DNA of 64,000 nucleotides from Octopus sinensis (GCF_006345805.1 NC_043021.1:21886001-21950000), one strand, 5' to 3'. Positions 11,241 through 24,343 are shown, counted from the stretch's first letter. Numbers and translations are program-made. Notes: a model not told the origin generated them from the sequence alone.

Positions 11241-12840
11241 TCATATTTACCTATATAATGACATAATACCATTTCTCAATACATTCTTCTTCCAAATTGC
11301 CTTAGTATATTTTATAAACTTCACATAAAATAACTGTTGTATAAATCTCCTATTCTAATCCTCTTGTACCTTGGGTCTCTTCACGAGCCGGCTCTCTTAC
11401 AATCATTGAGGCCAAGTCTCCAGTTTTTAGCTTCCTCCCTCACTTCTACTAGTCACAAAGAACTTGTAAAACATTATGGTTATTGCTTCTCCTCCCAGAG
11501 TAAAAATTATAGAATATATTAAAACATTACCGTTTTTTAAAATATTTTTCATTATTTTTTTATACATATTTGTTGTTATTTCTTTATAACTTTCTAAGGC
11601 TAACTTCTTTTTTTTAAATTTTCTTTTTCTTTATTTTTTTCTTTTCCTTGTTTTGAATTCTTTTGTTTTAAATGTTCTCAAATTAATATATTTATAATTA
11701 TAATTTTGCCGATAAATTTTACTTTTTGCATTTCATTTTCAATTAATATTTTGTTTTAGTATTTAATATTTGGTATCTTTTTATATTTAAGTTTAATTTT
11801 AAATTCATTTAATATGTTGTTTCATATATATATATATATATATATATATGTTTATATATATGTATATATATATACATATAAATATGTGTGCTTATATATA
11901 TATGTGTGTGTGTGTATAAGTATATGTGTGTTTTTATATATATATATATGGTTGTAAATGTGTGTACATCTGTTCATTCTCCCTCTCTCTCTATATATAC
12001 ATTCGCACACACAGATACACACATACATAGAAAATTTATATTTTTGTTATTATTTATAGTTGAAATTCTTAATTTTGTTTTATTATACATATCTAAACAT
12101 TTTATATTTCTTAATATCTTATTGTTTTTCTTTCTTAATATTATATTTATATTTTTATTAGAATATCTAAATTTTTTCGGATTTATATATATATTTCATT
12201 TTAAAAATTCCTTTTACACATTAATATTTTTTACATTTTTTTACACTATATTTATAATTATTTATTTTTACATTACACATTATGTTTTTTTTAAATTTCA
12301 TAAGCTATATTGATTTATTTTATTTTAAATATTCCTTTTAATATCTTAGCTGCTATTTTTACATTACACTACATATATTATTTCAAAATCATTTATTACA
12401 TATTATTTGATATTTTAAAAATTTTATACAATATAGTTTATTATAAATAATTTTATTATATTCTCATACATTTTTTTAATATATAATATACTTTATTTTA
12501 ATCTTTTATATTCCATTTAATACTTCTATATTTTAAACAATGCATTTTTCCCTTTTTTGATATTAAATTTATATCAAACATCACAGACTACACCCATATC
12601 TTAGTGCAATTTTTAAAAACTTAATCTCCATTTTTTTCATTTGATATCTGATCAATATGCTAATTTGAAGTATTCGTGATACATTATGTATTGCGTATCA
12701 CACTTTATATGTTTCATATATTCTTTTTTATACTCCATAATATATTTATGCTATCACTGATCTGTTAATATGTCACTTCCTGCTGTTCCATTTTCTAAGT
12801 CTAATTCATTCTTCCTGTGTCAGCATGATCCTGTGTAATG

Positions 12841-13229
12841 TGGATGAAAGCACTCTGTCGTTTACGACAACGAGGGTTCCGGTTGATCCGATCAACGGAA
12901 CAGCTTGCTCATGAAATTAACATGTAAGTGGCTGAGCACTCCACAGACACGTGTACCCTTAACGTAGTTCTCGGGGATATTCAGCGTGACACAGAGAGTG
13001 ACAAGGCCGGCCCTTTGAAATACAGGTACAACAGAAACAGGAAGTAAGAGTGAGAGAAAGTTATTGTGAAAGAGTACAGCAGGGATCACTACCATCCCCT
13101 GCCGGAGCCTCGTGGAGCTTTAGATGTTTTCGCTCAATAAACACTCACAACACCCGGTCTGGGAATCGAAACCGCGATCCTACGACCGCGAGTCCGCTGC
13201 CCTAACCACTAGGCCATTGCGCCTCCACT
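12841..13229 (-). mobile_element. tRNA-derived SINE family C with 10-bp TSD CTGTGTAATG
   Basis: Head GGAGGCGCAATGGCCTAGTGGTTAGGGCAGCG..GGTTTCGATTCCC; TSD at 12831-12840 and 13230-13239. Confidence 0.9.
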
Positions 13230-13257
13230 CTGTGTAATGTACAGGTAGATGGAATAA

Positions 13258-13694
13258 GGCAGTGAGCTGGCAGAAACGTTAGCATGCCGGGCAAAATGCT
13301 TAGTGGTATTTCGTATGACATTACATTCTGAGTTCAAATTCCGCCGAGGTCGACTTTGCCTTTCATCCTTTCGGGGTCAATAAATTAAGTACCAGTTATG
13401 CACTGGGGTCGATGTAATCGACTTAATCCCTTTGTCTGTCCATGTTTGTCCCCTCTATGTTTAGCCCCTTGTGGGAAATAAAGAAATAAGAAACACTAAT
13501 TTGCCGAGCGAAATGTATAGCAGTATTTCGTCTGTCTTTATGTTCTGAGTTCAAATTCTGCCGAGGTATACGTTGCTTTTCATCCTTTTGGGGGTTGATA
13601 AATTAAGTTCCAGTTACATACTAGGGTCAATCTAATCGATTGGCCCCCACCCTGCAAAAAATTTTGGGCCTTGTGCCTAGAGTAGAAAAGGATA
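13258..13694 (+). mobile_element. SINE family B, dimeric form
   Basis: GGCAGTGAGCTGGCAGAAACG..GAGTTCAAATTCCGCCGAGGTCGACTTTGCCTTTCATCC; body repeated twice. Confidence 0.85.
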
Positions 13695-13770
13695 TATCAC
13701 TCCCTGCTGTCCCATTTTCTAAGTCTAATTCATTCTTGCTGTGTCATCATGTTCCTGTGTAATGGAATAA

Positions 13771-14172
13771 GGCAGCGAGCTGGCAGAAACGTTAGCACGC
13801 CAGGCAAAAAGCTTTGTGGTATTTTGTCTGTCGCCACGTTGTGAGTTCAAATTCCGCCGAGGTCGACATTACCTTTCATCCTTTCGGGGTCGATTAAATA
13901 AGTACCAGTTACGCACTGAGGTCGATGTAATCGACTTAATCCATTTGTCTGTCCTTGTTCGTCCCCTCTGTGTTTAGCCCCTTGTGGGTAGTAAAGAAAT
14001 AGGTATTTCGTCTGTCTTTACGTTCTGAGTTCAAATCCCACCGTGGTTGACTTTGTCTTTCATCCTTTTGGGGTCGATAAATTAAGTACCAGTTGTATAC
14101 TGGGGACAATCTAATTGACTGGCCCCACCCAAAAAAATTTTTTAAAGCCTTGTGCCTAGGAGTAGAAAAGTA
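13771..14172 (+). mobile_element. SINE B, dimeric form
   Basis: Homology to 13258-13694. Confidence 0.85.
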
Positions 14173-14475
14173 TATCTGTCATATCTTTTACTTGTTATAG
14201 ATGTTGTACTCTGGCCATGCTGCAGCACCATCTTGAACCCAGTGTCCGGGTTTTGGTTTTTTAAGTCTTCTACTTATTTTATTGGACTCTTTTGCCAAAA
14301 TCCTCTAAGTTACAGGGCCACAAAAAACTGGTACTCAATTGTCAAGTGGTGCTGTTGGTGGGATGAGAAACAGACACACAGACACATCTGTTCTATAATT
14401 TAGAGATGAGGAATTATGTACGATATTTACGTTGTTTACAATTGACAGATATTTGTCCTCATCTTGCTTGTTGTT

Positions 14476-14521
14476 AACACAACGTTTCGACTGATATACC
14501 TTCCAGCCTTCATCAGGTGTC
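14476..14521 (-). ncRNA. Type I minimal hammerhead ribozyme (family H1), core intact
   Basis: Minus strand reads GACAC-CTGATGA-A-GGCTG(GAAGGTATAT)CAGTC-GAAAC-GTT-GTGTT: helix I GACAC/GTGTT, helix II 5 bp, palindromic helix III ACGT, NUH=GUU. Predicted cut 14481/14480. Confidence 0.8.
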
Positions 14522-14758
14522 TTGGGGTTAGTAGCCTGCACTCTTAACCACTACACCATATGCCCACCAGTTTGATTCCAAGCAGTGACCTGAATAATAA
14601 TTACAATAATTATAATAATAATAATAATAATAATAATGATAATAATAATGATGATAATAATAATAATCATCATCATCATCATCGTTTAACGTCCGTTCTC
14701 CATGCTAGCATGGGTTGGACGGTTTGACCGGGGATCTGGGAAGCCAGAAGGCTGCACC

Positions 14759-14791
<33 letters not shown>

Positions 14792-14857
14792 CATAATGAT
14801 AATAATAACATTGAAAAATACCTTAGGAATGAGAACCCAGGTTCGAAATTTCCCCAA

Positions 14858-14903
14858 GACACCTGATGAAGGCTGGAGGGTATATCAGCCGAAACATTGT
14901 GTT
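14858..14903 (+). ncRNA. Type I minimal hammerhead ribozyme (H1), helix III CpG-mutated
   Basis: GACAC-CTGATGA-A-GGCTG(GAGGGTATAT)CAGCC-GAAAC-ATT-GTGTT. Confidence 0.7.
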
Positions 14904-15248
14904 AACAACAAACAAGATGTGGAAAATATCCCTCAATTGTAAATAAGGTAAAAAAAATACACATTTTTTTATTTATCTGCCTATCTATCTGTCTGTCTGT
15001 ATATCTGTCTGACTTTTGTCTGTCTGTCTATCTATCCATGTCTGTCTCTCTGTCCAGCCATTTACTTACCTACCTACACACACATACACACACATTTCCA
15101 TTGACCAAAGTCACTTGCAAGGCATCAGTCGCCCTAATGCTATAATAGAAAATCCTTGCCCTAGGTGATGTACAGTGGGATTGAACCAAAAATCGAATGG
15201 CTACAAAGGAAGCCTCTTAATTACAGATACACACACACACACACCACA

Positions 15249-15289
<41 letters not shown>

Positions 15290-15656
15290 CACACACGATG
15301 GGTTTCCACACAATTTCCATTCAACCAAATCCATGCAGAAGGCACTGGTGGGATTGGGCCTGTGGTAAAAATTACTTGCCCACGGTTCTGCACAGTAGGA
15401 CTGAACCTGAAATCACGTTGTTACAAACAAGCATCTTAACCATACAGCCAGGCCTGTGCTTATATGAGAAAAAGGGAAAAAAACGATTTTTTCAATGTAT
15501 AAAATGTGTGAGAAATAAAAACAGAGGAAGTGGAAGGTTTGAATTTTCTTGGCAGTTTTCAAATTGTTCACTAACGAAGAGATAAGATTGTTGTTTAACT
15601 CATTTGTTATCAATCCATCTTAGTCATCCTTAGTCTTACGAGTCAAATTCTCTGTT

Positions 15657-16495
15657 TTCATCCATTAGCATTCAGATTACTCTGTCAAATGTAATCTTTA
15701 CTAATTCACATTATTTTGAATTAATCATGCAATATCTTTTAGCTTTGCGATTTCAACGATGTGAATTTTTAGTTTTACAATGACATTGTAGGCTGAGTGT
15801 GAGGGGCTGAATCTGGCCAGTTTGAACATTAACCCTCTCGTTACCCACCCGGCTGAAACCGGCTCTGGTTCTGAGTACAAATGTTTTGTTTTCATAAGTT
15901 TTGAATTAAAATCTTCCACCAAACCTTAGTCACAATTTATGTTCCTAACACTACTCTTTTACTCTTTTACTTGTTTCAGTCATTTGACTGCGGCCATGCT
16001 GGAGCACCGCCTTTAGTCGAGCAAATCGACCCCGGGACTTATTCTTTGTAAGCCCAGTACTTATTCTATCGGTCTCTTTTGCCGAACCGCTAAGTGACGG
16101 GGACGTAAACACACCAGCATCGGTTGTCAAGCAATGCTAGGGGGACAAACACACACACACAAACACACATATATATTTACATATATACATATATACGACA
16201 GCCTTCTTTCAGTTTCCGTCTACCAAATCCACTCACAAGGCATTGGTCGGCCCAAGGCTATAGTAGAAGACACTTGCCCAAGATGCCACGCAGTGGGACT
16301 GAACCCGGAACCATGTGGTTGGTAAGCAAGCTACTTCCCACACAGCCACTCCTGCAATGATAAATAAGTTATTTTACTAAATACTCTGTTATAGTTAAAG
16401 TAAGTGAAAGAAACACAGAGCATCTTGAAATAAATACAGTAATGAAAGGATTAAACAGTTAGCTGGATATGGCTGGTTAAATTCTAACAAGTTAA
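15657..16495 (+). mobile_element. piggyBac-like MITE1 containing MITE2 (15829-16454, TTAA-flanked)
   Basis: MITE2 termini TTAACCCTCTCGTTAC / GTAATGAAAGGATTAA; MITE1 homologous to 7918-8130. Confidence 0.7.
15952..16355 (-). mobile_element. SINE A nested in a MITE
   Basis: Homology; splits MITE2. Confidence 0.9.
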
Positions 16496-17052
16496 AGTGA
16501 TCTAACTTAAAATGTTCCATCAAAATTTCTTGCTGATTTATGTTTCATACACCCAGTTTAATAACGACAAAATTATCTTAATAATAAATTCTTCATTATT
16601 TCCAAAATTAATCAAAAGAATGGCAGCATGCTTCAAAATTAATACGGTAACAAAAGGATTACATTGAGATAATTCTTGAGGTTTTTGAACATCCAGATTG
16701 ATTAGTGTGTGTGTGTGGGTGTATTTGCGGTTGTATTTATGTATGTTTATAAACCTGCACCACCCATCTTCAGTGGATATGCAAACCATTTTAGTACACA
16801 AGTGGGTCTTTGTTTCATTACTGTGCACTTGTGTGTAGTGAAGGCACATGGCTTAGTGGTTAGGGTTATGATCCTTAAGTTGTGAGTTCAAACACTTGTG
16901 GAGTATCGTGTCCTTGAACAAGACACTTTATTTCACATTGCCTCAGTCCACTCAGCTGGCAAAATTTTTTATCTGTAATTCGAATGGCCAGCCTTGTCAT
17001 ACTCTGTGTCACACTGAATCTCTCAGAGAACTACATGAAGGGTACACATGTA

Positions 17053-17458
17053 GGCACAGGAGTGGCTGTGTGGTAAGTAGCATGCTTACCAACCACATGG
17101 TTCCGGGTTCAGTCCCACTGCGTGGTATCTTGGGCAAGTGTCTTCTGCTATAGCCTCGGACCGACCAATGCCTTGTGAGTGGTAGACGGAAACTGAAAGA
17201 AGCCTGTCGTATATATGTATATATATATGTATGTGTGTGTATATGTTTGTGTGTCTGTGTCTGTCCCCCTAGCATTGCTTGACAACCGATGCTGGTGTGT
17301 TTACGTCCCCATCACTTAGCGGTTCAGCAAAAGAGACAGATAGAGTAAGTACTGGGCTTGCAAAGAATAGGTCCCAGGGTCGATTTGCTCGACTAAAGAG
17401 GCGGTGCTCCAGCATGGCCGCAGTCAAATGACTGAAACAAGTAAAAGAGTAAAGAGTA
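17053..17458 (+). mobile_element. SINE A
   Basis: Homology. Confidence 0.9.
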
Positions 17459-17589
17459 TGTCTGTGGAGTGCTCAGCCACTTGCATATTAATTTCACAAG
17501 CAGGCTGTTCCGTTGATCGGATCAACTGGAACCCTTGTCATTGTAACAGATGGAGTGCCAGTCATATGTGTATCTCTGTGTGTCTCTGT

Positions 17590-17915
17590 ATCATCATCAT
17601 CATCATCATCATTTAACTTCCGCTTTCCATGCTAGCATGGGTTGGACGATTTGATTGAGGTCTTGCTAACCAAATAGCTGCACCAGACTCCAATCTGATC
17701 TGGCAGAGTTCCTACAGCTGGATGCCCTTCCTAATGCCAACCACTCCAAGAGTGTAGTGGGTGCTTTTACATGCCAGTCAAGTGGTACTGGCATCGGCCA
17801 TGCTCAAATGGTGTTTTTTACGTGCCACCTGCACAGGAACCAGAACAGCGGCACTGGCAACGACCTCACTTGAATGTTTTTTACGTGCCACCAGCACAAG
17901 TGCTACTAAGGCGAT
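17590..17915 (-). mobile_element. Family D (RTE 3' UTR) copy
   Basis: Same tail and modules as the other D copies. Confidence 0.75.
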
Positions 17916-18599
17916 GCTCTGTATGGAGAATCCCTGGAATGTTTTGCAAATTTTCTTTGTGCCACTTATCAATTGTATTTTAAAGATATTATTTATGTTT
18001 GCTTTGTATTTTTTTTCTTGAAGAACCCAGCATTTTTAGATTTGTGTTACAAAACTGTTGTTTTATAACACAAATCTAAATGTATATATGTTGGTCAGCT
18101 ACATACTCACCTCTTCAGCAAAACACCTGCTCTCCCTTCCACATCTCTCGAGACATTCACACTTCACTTATTTCAAAGATTTCCTCTTGTGAGCTCTTGG
18201 TTCCTCACCAGTGCTGTTTGCCATGAAAGAAGCACCTAGAATACTCTGTAGAGTAGCTGGCATTAGGAAAGGCATCCAGCTATAGAAACCATACCAAAGC
18301 AGAGTTTGGAGTCTTGCACAGCCTGTTGGCCTGCTAGCTTTTTGGTTCCTGCCAAGCTGTCCAATCCAATTCAGCTGATTGAATAACTGAATATGTGCCA
18401 CCAACGTTGACGGAGGGCCATGGACGGATTTTGTGAATTCATAAATGTTATCTCTATGTGTGTGTGTGTGTGGTGTGTGTCGTAGTGCATTTGCTATTGT
18501 GTTGTCGGCTGTGTAAGCAAGATTTGAAAAATGGACATAAAGCAAATTAAAATATAATATAAACACATACATAAGGCTCAAACCTATATTGCTTGTTTG

Positions 18600-18614
18600 T
18601 GTGTGAGTGAGTGA

Positions 18615-18645
<31 letters not shown>

Positions 18646-18898
18646 CACACACATTTATACACTCACACCCATACACTTACACAAAATTTTCACAGAGTGG
18701 GTGGGAGAACACTGCATCACATACAAATATATTATATATATATAATATATATATATATATGTATATGTATATATATATATAGTATATGTATATATATATA
18801 TATGTATATGTATATATATATAATGTATATGTATATATATATATATGTATATGTAATATATATATATGTTATGTATATATATATGTATATGTATATAT

Positions 18899-18930
<32 letters not shown>

Positions 18931-19522
18931 GTATATATATATGTGTGTGTGTGTGTGTTTATGTGTATATATGTATATATGTGCATATATGCATTTATAT
19001 GTATATATATATATATACACATACATACATACATACACATATATGTAAGCATGTATGTGTGTATGCATGTATATATATATGTATAAATGTATGTATATAT
19101 GCATTTATTCAACATACTTATGACTCTATATAAATACAGACACATAAACACAAACACAAATGTAAGTATATACTCAACAGAACAGACAAACGCATTAATA
19201 TACACCATATAGGTAATCTTTAAATGTCTATATATATGTTATACGCATACATACATACACTTCTGTGTATGTAGACACATCATTGAAGAGGTGGAGTTGT
19301 GGGCGATGTACGTTATTAGTTAGATAAACACACAGAGGAGATGCAAACGAGACTGCAGATGGATAAGCACATACAGAATTATGAATGCATGAACACAAGT
19401 GCACAACATAAACACGTTTAGATATACAAACTTGGCATAATATAAGACATGACAGATGCATGCATGCTTATATACAGAGAGAGAGAGAGGGAGAGAGAAA
19501 GATATATATGTATATATATATG

Positions 19523-19600
<78 letters not shown>

Positions 19601-19859
19601 CATGTATATACATATATAAATATACAAGCATACATACGTACAGTAACCCTTGCACAAACACAACACACACACAGATATATATGTGTATGTATGTGTGTAT
19701 GTATGTATGTACATAATGTATGTAATGTATGTATGTATGTAATGTATGTATGTATGTAATGTATGTATGTAATGTATGTATGTATGTAATGTATGTATGT
19801 ATCTATGTATGTATGTAATGTATGTATGTATGTAATGTATGTATGTAATGTATGTAATG

Positions 19860-19890
<31 letters not shown>

Positions 19891-20760
19891 TGTATGTATG
19901 TATGTATGTATGTAATGTATGTAATGTATGTATGTATGTAATGTAAGTATGTAATGTACGTATGTATGTAATGTATGTATGTATGTATGTATATGTATGT
20001 ACGTATGTATGTGTGCGTATGTATGTATGTATGTATGTATGTATGTGTGAATGTATGTATGTATATGCACACACCATACATGGATGTATGTACATCATAC
20101 ATAGACACACATAATGAAAAGATATTTAAGACAAACACTGCACAATTCGTTGTCAAAATTAACACATTTTAATCAGCACCAGATTTAATTAAATAAATTT
20201 TTTTTAACAAATTTATTCATTTAAAAGTCATCATCATCATCATCATCGCAGTCGTCATCATCATCATTGTTTCATTTTGTTTGGTTCTGTATTGTCTTTT
20301 TTTTTGTTGCAGATAAGCTTTTATCTTTGTTTATTTGAATAAGTTTTCTTGTTGTTGTTATTGTTGTTGTTTCTAAATATTTACACAAGCGTATGTTTCT
20401 GTATATGCATAGATATATCTGTATGTGTGTGTAAATATGTATGTGAACATGCATGTGTATATATATCTATATACATAGATATCCATATATATATATATGT
20501 ATTCGTATCTGTATGTCTATGTAGATATGTTTATGTATATATGTATGTGTGGGGTTTGTATATAACTGTGTATGTGTGTGTGTATTTGTGTATATATATA
20601 TATATATATATATACACACAAACATACATACGCATATATTGATATATGTCTAAATATGTATGTGAACATGCATGCATGTATCTATATACATATATATCCA
20701 TATATATATATGTGTATATTTGTATTTTGTATATAACTGAGTATGACACATATATATGAG
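18600..20760. repeat. Large (TA)n/(TG)n/(ATGT)n microsatellite field
   Basis: Read directly. Similar fields at 30340-32400, 35140-36240, 50770-51500 and 53000-53850. Confidence 0.9.
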
Positions 20761-21502
20761 TCAGTATGTGTATGTGTTGTAGACAGCATGGTGGTGTGCT
20801 ACATTAATTTTGTGAAACACAAAAGTGATCAATACACACTTGCAGAGAATCTTGTAAAGTGTAGAGTATATACTTAATGTATTTACTTCTCTTTTGTATT
20901 TTCATTTTAATATCCAAGAACTTGGACACTGATTTTCAGCCAACTTCCATTACGATGAAGCCAAGATACAAAATAGTGGTGTTTCACATGGTTTGTGATG
21001 ACACTGTTACTTGTTTTGTCCTTATTTGTGCATGCAAATGGGACAGAAAAATGCCACACAATTTCATACATATTGGTTATAATATGACATTTTTCAGCCA
21101 AGCATAAACTACGCAGTTGTAAACCATCTTTTCTGAGATAGACCGTTTATGGTTGAAAGAGTTTCCTTTATCCTTTTGGTCATGTTAGAGGTAAATATAT
21201 GTGCATGTAGAGTTATATCTTTACTTTGTACTACTTATTCAGACAATTGGAGCCTGGGGCAACTCTCTGGCTTGCCAGCTCCAGCAAAATTATCCAACCC
21301 ATGCCAACATAGAAAAATAGACATAAATTGCTGCTGCTGATGATGATGATGTCTACCAAATCCACTAACAAGGTTTTGGTCAGCCCGAGGCTAGAGTAGA
21401 AGACACTTGCCCAAGATGCCATGCAGTAGGACTGAACCTGGAACCATGTGGTTCGTAAGCAAGCTACTTACCACACAGCCACTCCTATGCTTATAATGCA
21501 AA

Positions 21503-21893
21503 AGTGGAATGGAAGCACTCCGTCGGTTACGACGACGAGGGTTCCGGTTGATCCGATCAACGGAACAGCCTGCTCGTGAAATTAACGTGTAAGTGGCTGA
21601 GCACTCCACAGACACGTGTACCCTTAACGTAGTTCTCGGGGATATTCAGTGTGACACAGAGACTGACAAGGCCGGCCCTTTGAAATACAGGTACAACAGA
21701 AACAGGAAGAAAGAATGAGAGAAAGTTGTGGTGAAAGAGTACAGCAGGGGTCACCACCATCCCCTGCCGGAGCCTCGTGGAGCTTTAGGTGTTTTCGTTC
21801 AATAAACACTCACAACACCCGGTCTGGGAATCGAAACCGCGATCCTACGACCGCGAGTCCGCTGCCCTAACCACCGGGCCATTGCGCCTCCAC
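21503..21893 (-). mobile_element. SINE C with 8-bp TSD AATGCAAA
   Basis: TSD at 21495-21502 and 21894-21901; near-identical to 12841-13229. Confidence 0.9.
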
Positions 21894-23696
21894 AATGCAA
21901 ATGTAACTAATATTTGATAAATATCATACACCTTTATTTTAAAACTTTGCTTACAAATATTAAAGTATTTTTGTGGAAGTGATTTTACGAACGTAGTCTA
22001 ACTGATAAATCAACTCAACAAGAAAAACATCTAGAATTACACAGAACAGAAAAAAATGTTACATGAGAAAAGACAACCAATGCTGTCATAAGACAATTGA
22101 TGAAAAGTCCAGGCCATGGCTACACACCTGGACAAGTGATACACCACCATCTACTGCAGATCCCTATGACGTTGAATGGATAAGCAGCAACCCTGGTTTT
22201 TATCGAAGCTTTTGGTAAAAAAGTGTGACCTATCCACAAATATATACAGTAGTTGACCCAGACTCCTTCAGATATTTTATCTTTTCCGTGTTTCATTCAT
22301 TGGACTGCAACCATGCTGGTGTACCATCTTGAAAGATTTAGTCAAGCAAAATTGACCCCTGCACTTATTTTCTTTATAAGCAAGCCTTGTACTTATTCTT
22401 TCAGCCTCTTTTTGTCAAACCACTAAGTTATATTTGAGTCATGTTAGATGTTTAAAAATATAACATCAAGCAATAGAGATAACTGCACTAAGATCAGATG
22501 ATTGAAATTTTGATAAAATCAAAGAATAATTGCAGTTTGTGTGGACCTGGTTTTTACAGTCAGCAGGTGAAAGTATAGATCACACACACACACACTCACA
22601 CACAGACTTTGTTTCAAGTTTACAGGTTCATTAGACCTGATTAGATGATAATTCACTTGACTGAAAACTAGTCCACTGCAAGGCTAACTTCTCCTGTTAT
22701 TCATGTATGTGCTGTTGTCATCATCATCATCTTCGTCATCACTCGATTTACACTTTCCATGCTGGCATGAGTTGGATGGTTTCACAGGATCCAATGCATT
22801 CAAAGACAGCATCATATTCCACTGTCATAGAGACCACGCTCTGACATGGTTTCTATGACATTGGATGCCCTTCCTAATGCAAACCACTTTACAGAGTGTA
22901 CTAGGGACTTTTCTTCATAACCACCGTTGCTCCTGAGGTCCCCATGCAAACTACAATCCTATCAAACCCCGGGGGAGAGGAGCTTTATCCTAGGAGATGA
23001 GAGTGAAGGTATAAGATCAGGGGACCAAACAGAGCAGGTACATGTAGTAGAGGAGCTCCATGGTTACACGCATTTAGGAGAGAATGAGATACGAGTAAGA
23101 AATGCTGCCTCTGTAGGTCTATGGTTGACAGTGCTCACCAACCACGGCTAACACTATAGAAACAACAACTGGTTTCCAGTTCATTATAAAAAATGCTAAT
23201 TTAACACTTGGAACTTGGTATATATTTCAGTAAGTAGCTAATAGTTTGATGTTAAACACACACCAATTACCAACACACACACACACACACCATACACACA
23301 GACATGCAGAGAATAGGTCTTTCAAGTTTGGCGTTATGACGATGACATAAAGCTATGAAACACAAATGCTATGAGTCAAAACTCCAGAAAGACATAAAAC
23401 GAAGAAGTGGATGCGGCTGCGGAATAAAAACTGTCTTCGTAAGGATAGTTGCTGTGTGAAAGAAAGCGTGTGCATGCGTGTGCGTGTTGTGTGTGTGTGT
23501 GCGCATGTGTGTGTGTGTGGGGGATTCTAATGATTTAGTTAATGCCAGGGGGCTTTATACACTCATATGGATATACAGTGTGGTAATGTGATGGAGTGAT
23601 GGATGTTGGATACATATATGCATACATACATATAGATATATATGTATGTATATATATATTATATATGTATATATATATATGCATACATATATATAT

Positions 23697-23727
<31 letters not shown>

Positions 23728-23775
23728 CATACATATAATATATTTATACATACATATATATATATAGATTATATA

Positions 23776-23809
<34 letters not shown>

Positions 23810-23826
23810 TATACATACATACATAC

Positions 23827-23857
<31 letters not shown>

Positions 23858-23858
23858 C

Positions 23859-24245
23859 ACTAGCAGTATTGCCCGGCGTTGCTCAGGTTTGTAAGGGAAA
23901 TAACTATAAAGCATTTTTAGAGAGTTATAGCCAAACAATAGCAAAAAAATGGGGAAAAAATGATGGTAAATTTTTTTTTGAGAGTTAAAAAAGGTCGAGT
24001 TGCGTCCCCTAGACAGTCTGTGGTTTGTGTTTCTGATTCTCGACCCCATGTCGAATTTATCGATTTTTTTCAGAACTGGGGGAACTTTTCAAAATTTTCG
24101 CTGCGTTAGTTTTGAATTATGACATTGGGCTATGTGTGTGTCAAGTTTCATCAGAATCGGTTGAAAGCCGTGGTCAGGGTGAGGGTTGAAGCAAACAGAC
24201 ACACAGAAACACACAGAGACAAACTGCCGTTTATATAGAGAGATA
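23859..24245 (+). mobile_element. Non-autonomous Helentron/HINE-like element inserted in (TA)n
   Basis: Starts ACTAG..CCCGGCGTTGC, ends GTCAAGTTTCATCAGAATCGG..ACAGAC..AAACTGCCGTTTATATAG; highly similar inverted copy at 44306-44668. Confidence 0.65.
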
Positions 24246-24283
24246 CATACATACATACATACATATATATATATTATATATAC

Positions 24284-24343
<60 letters not shown>

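Larger units (their letters stand above)
14389..14946. mobile_element. Head-to-head pair of H1 elements (tRNA-like head + (AAT)n + HHR-bearing Penelope-like tail)
   Basis: Minus copy 14566->14389 (A-box TGGTGTAGTGG, internal deletion at CCCCAAGA microhomology). Plus copy 14568->14946 starts at the B-box-like GTTTGATTCC and is interrupted by an RTE-tail fragment at ~14667-14759. Confidence 0.75.

Noticed and set aside
11520-12770. Extremely AT-rich, G-poor stretch (similar at 1480-1870)
   Set aside because: No periodicity or motif found; may be decayed low-complexity DNA or a low-quality consensus.
18110-18180. Strong minus-strand donor GAG|GTGAGT
   Set aside because: Upstream frames close within ~20 codons and there is no good acceptor.
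20919-20990. Possible + exon (NLDTDFQPTSITMKPRYKIVVFHM or NFHYDEAKIQNSGVSH)
   Set aside because: Good acceptor but weak GTTTGT donor, ambiguous frame, and not phase-compatible with the 3989 exon.
22927-23151. 74-codon, higher-GC + ORF (ERSFILGDESEG...)
   Set aside because: No splice signals or recognisable domain; more likely an internal retroelement fragment, but not assignable by eye.
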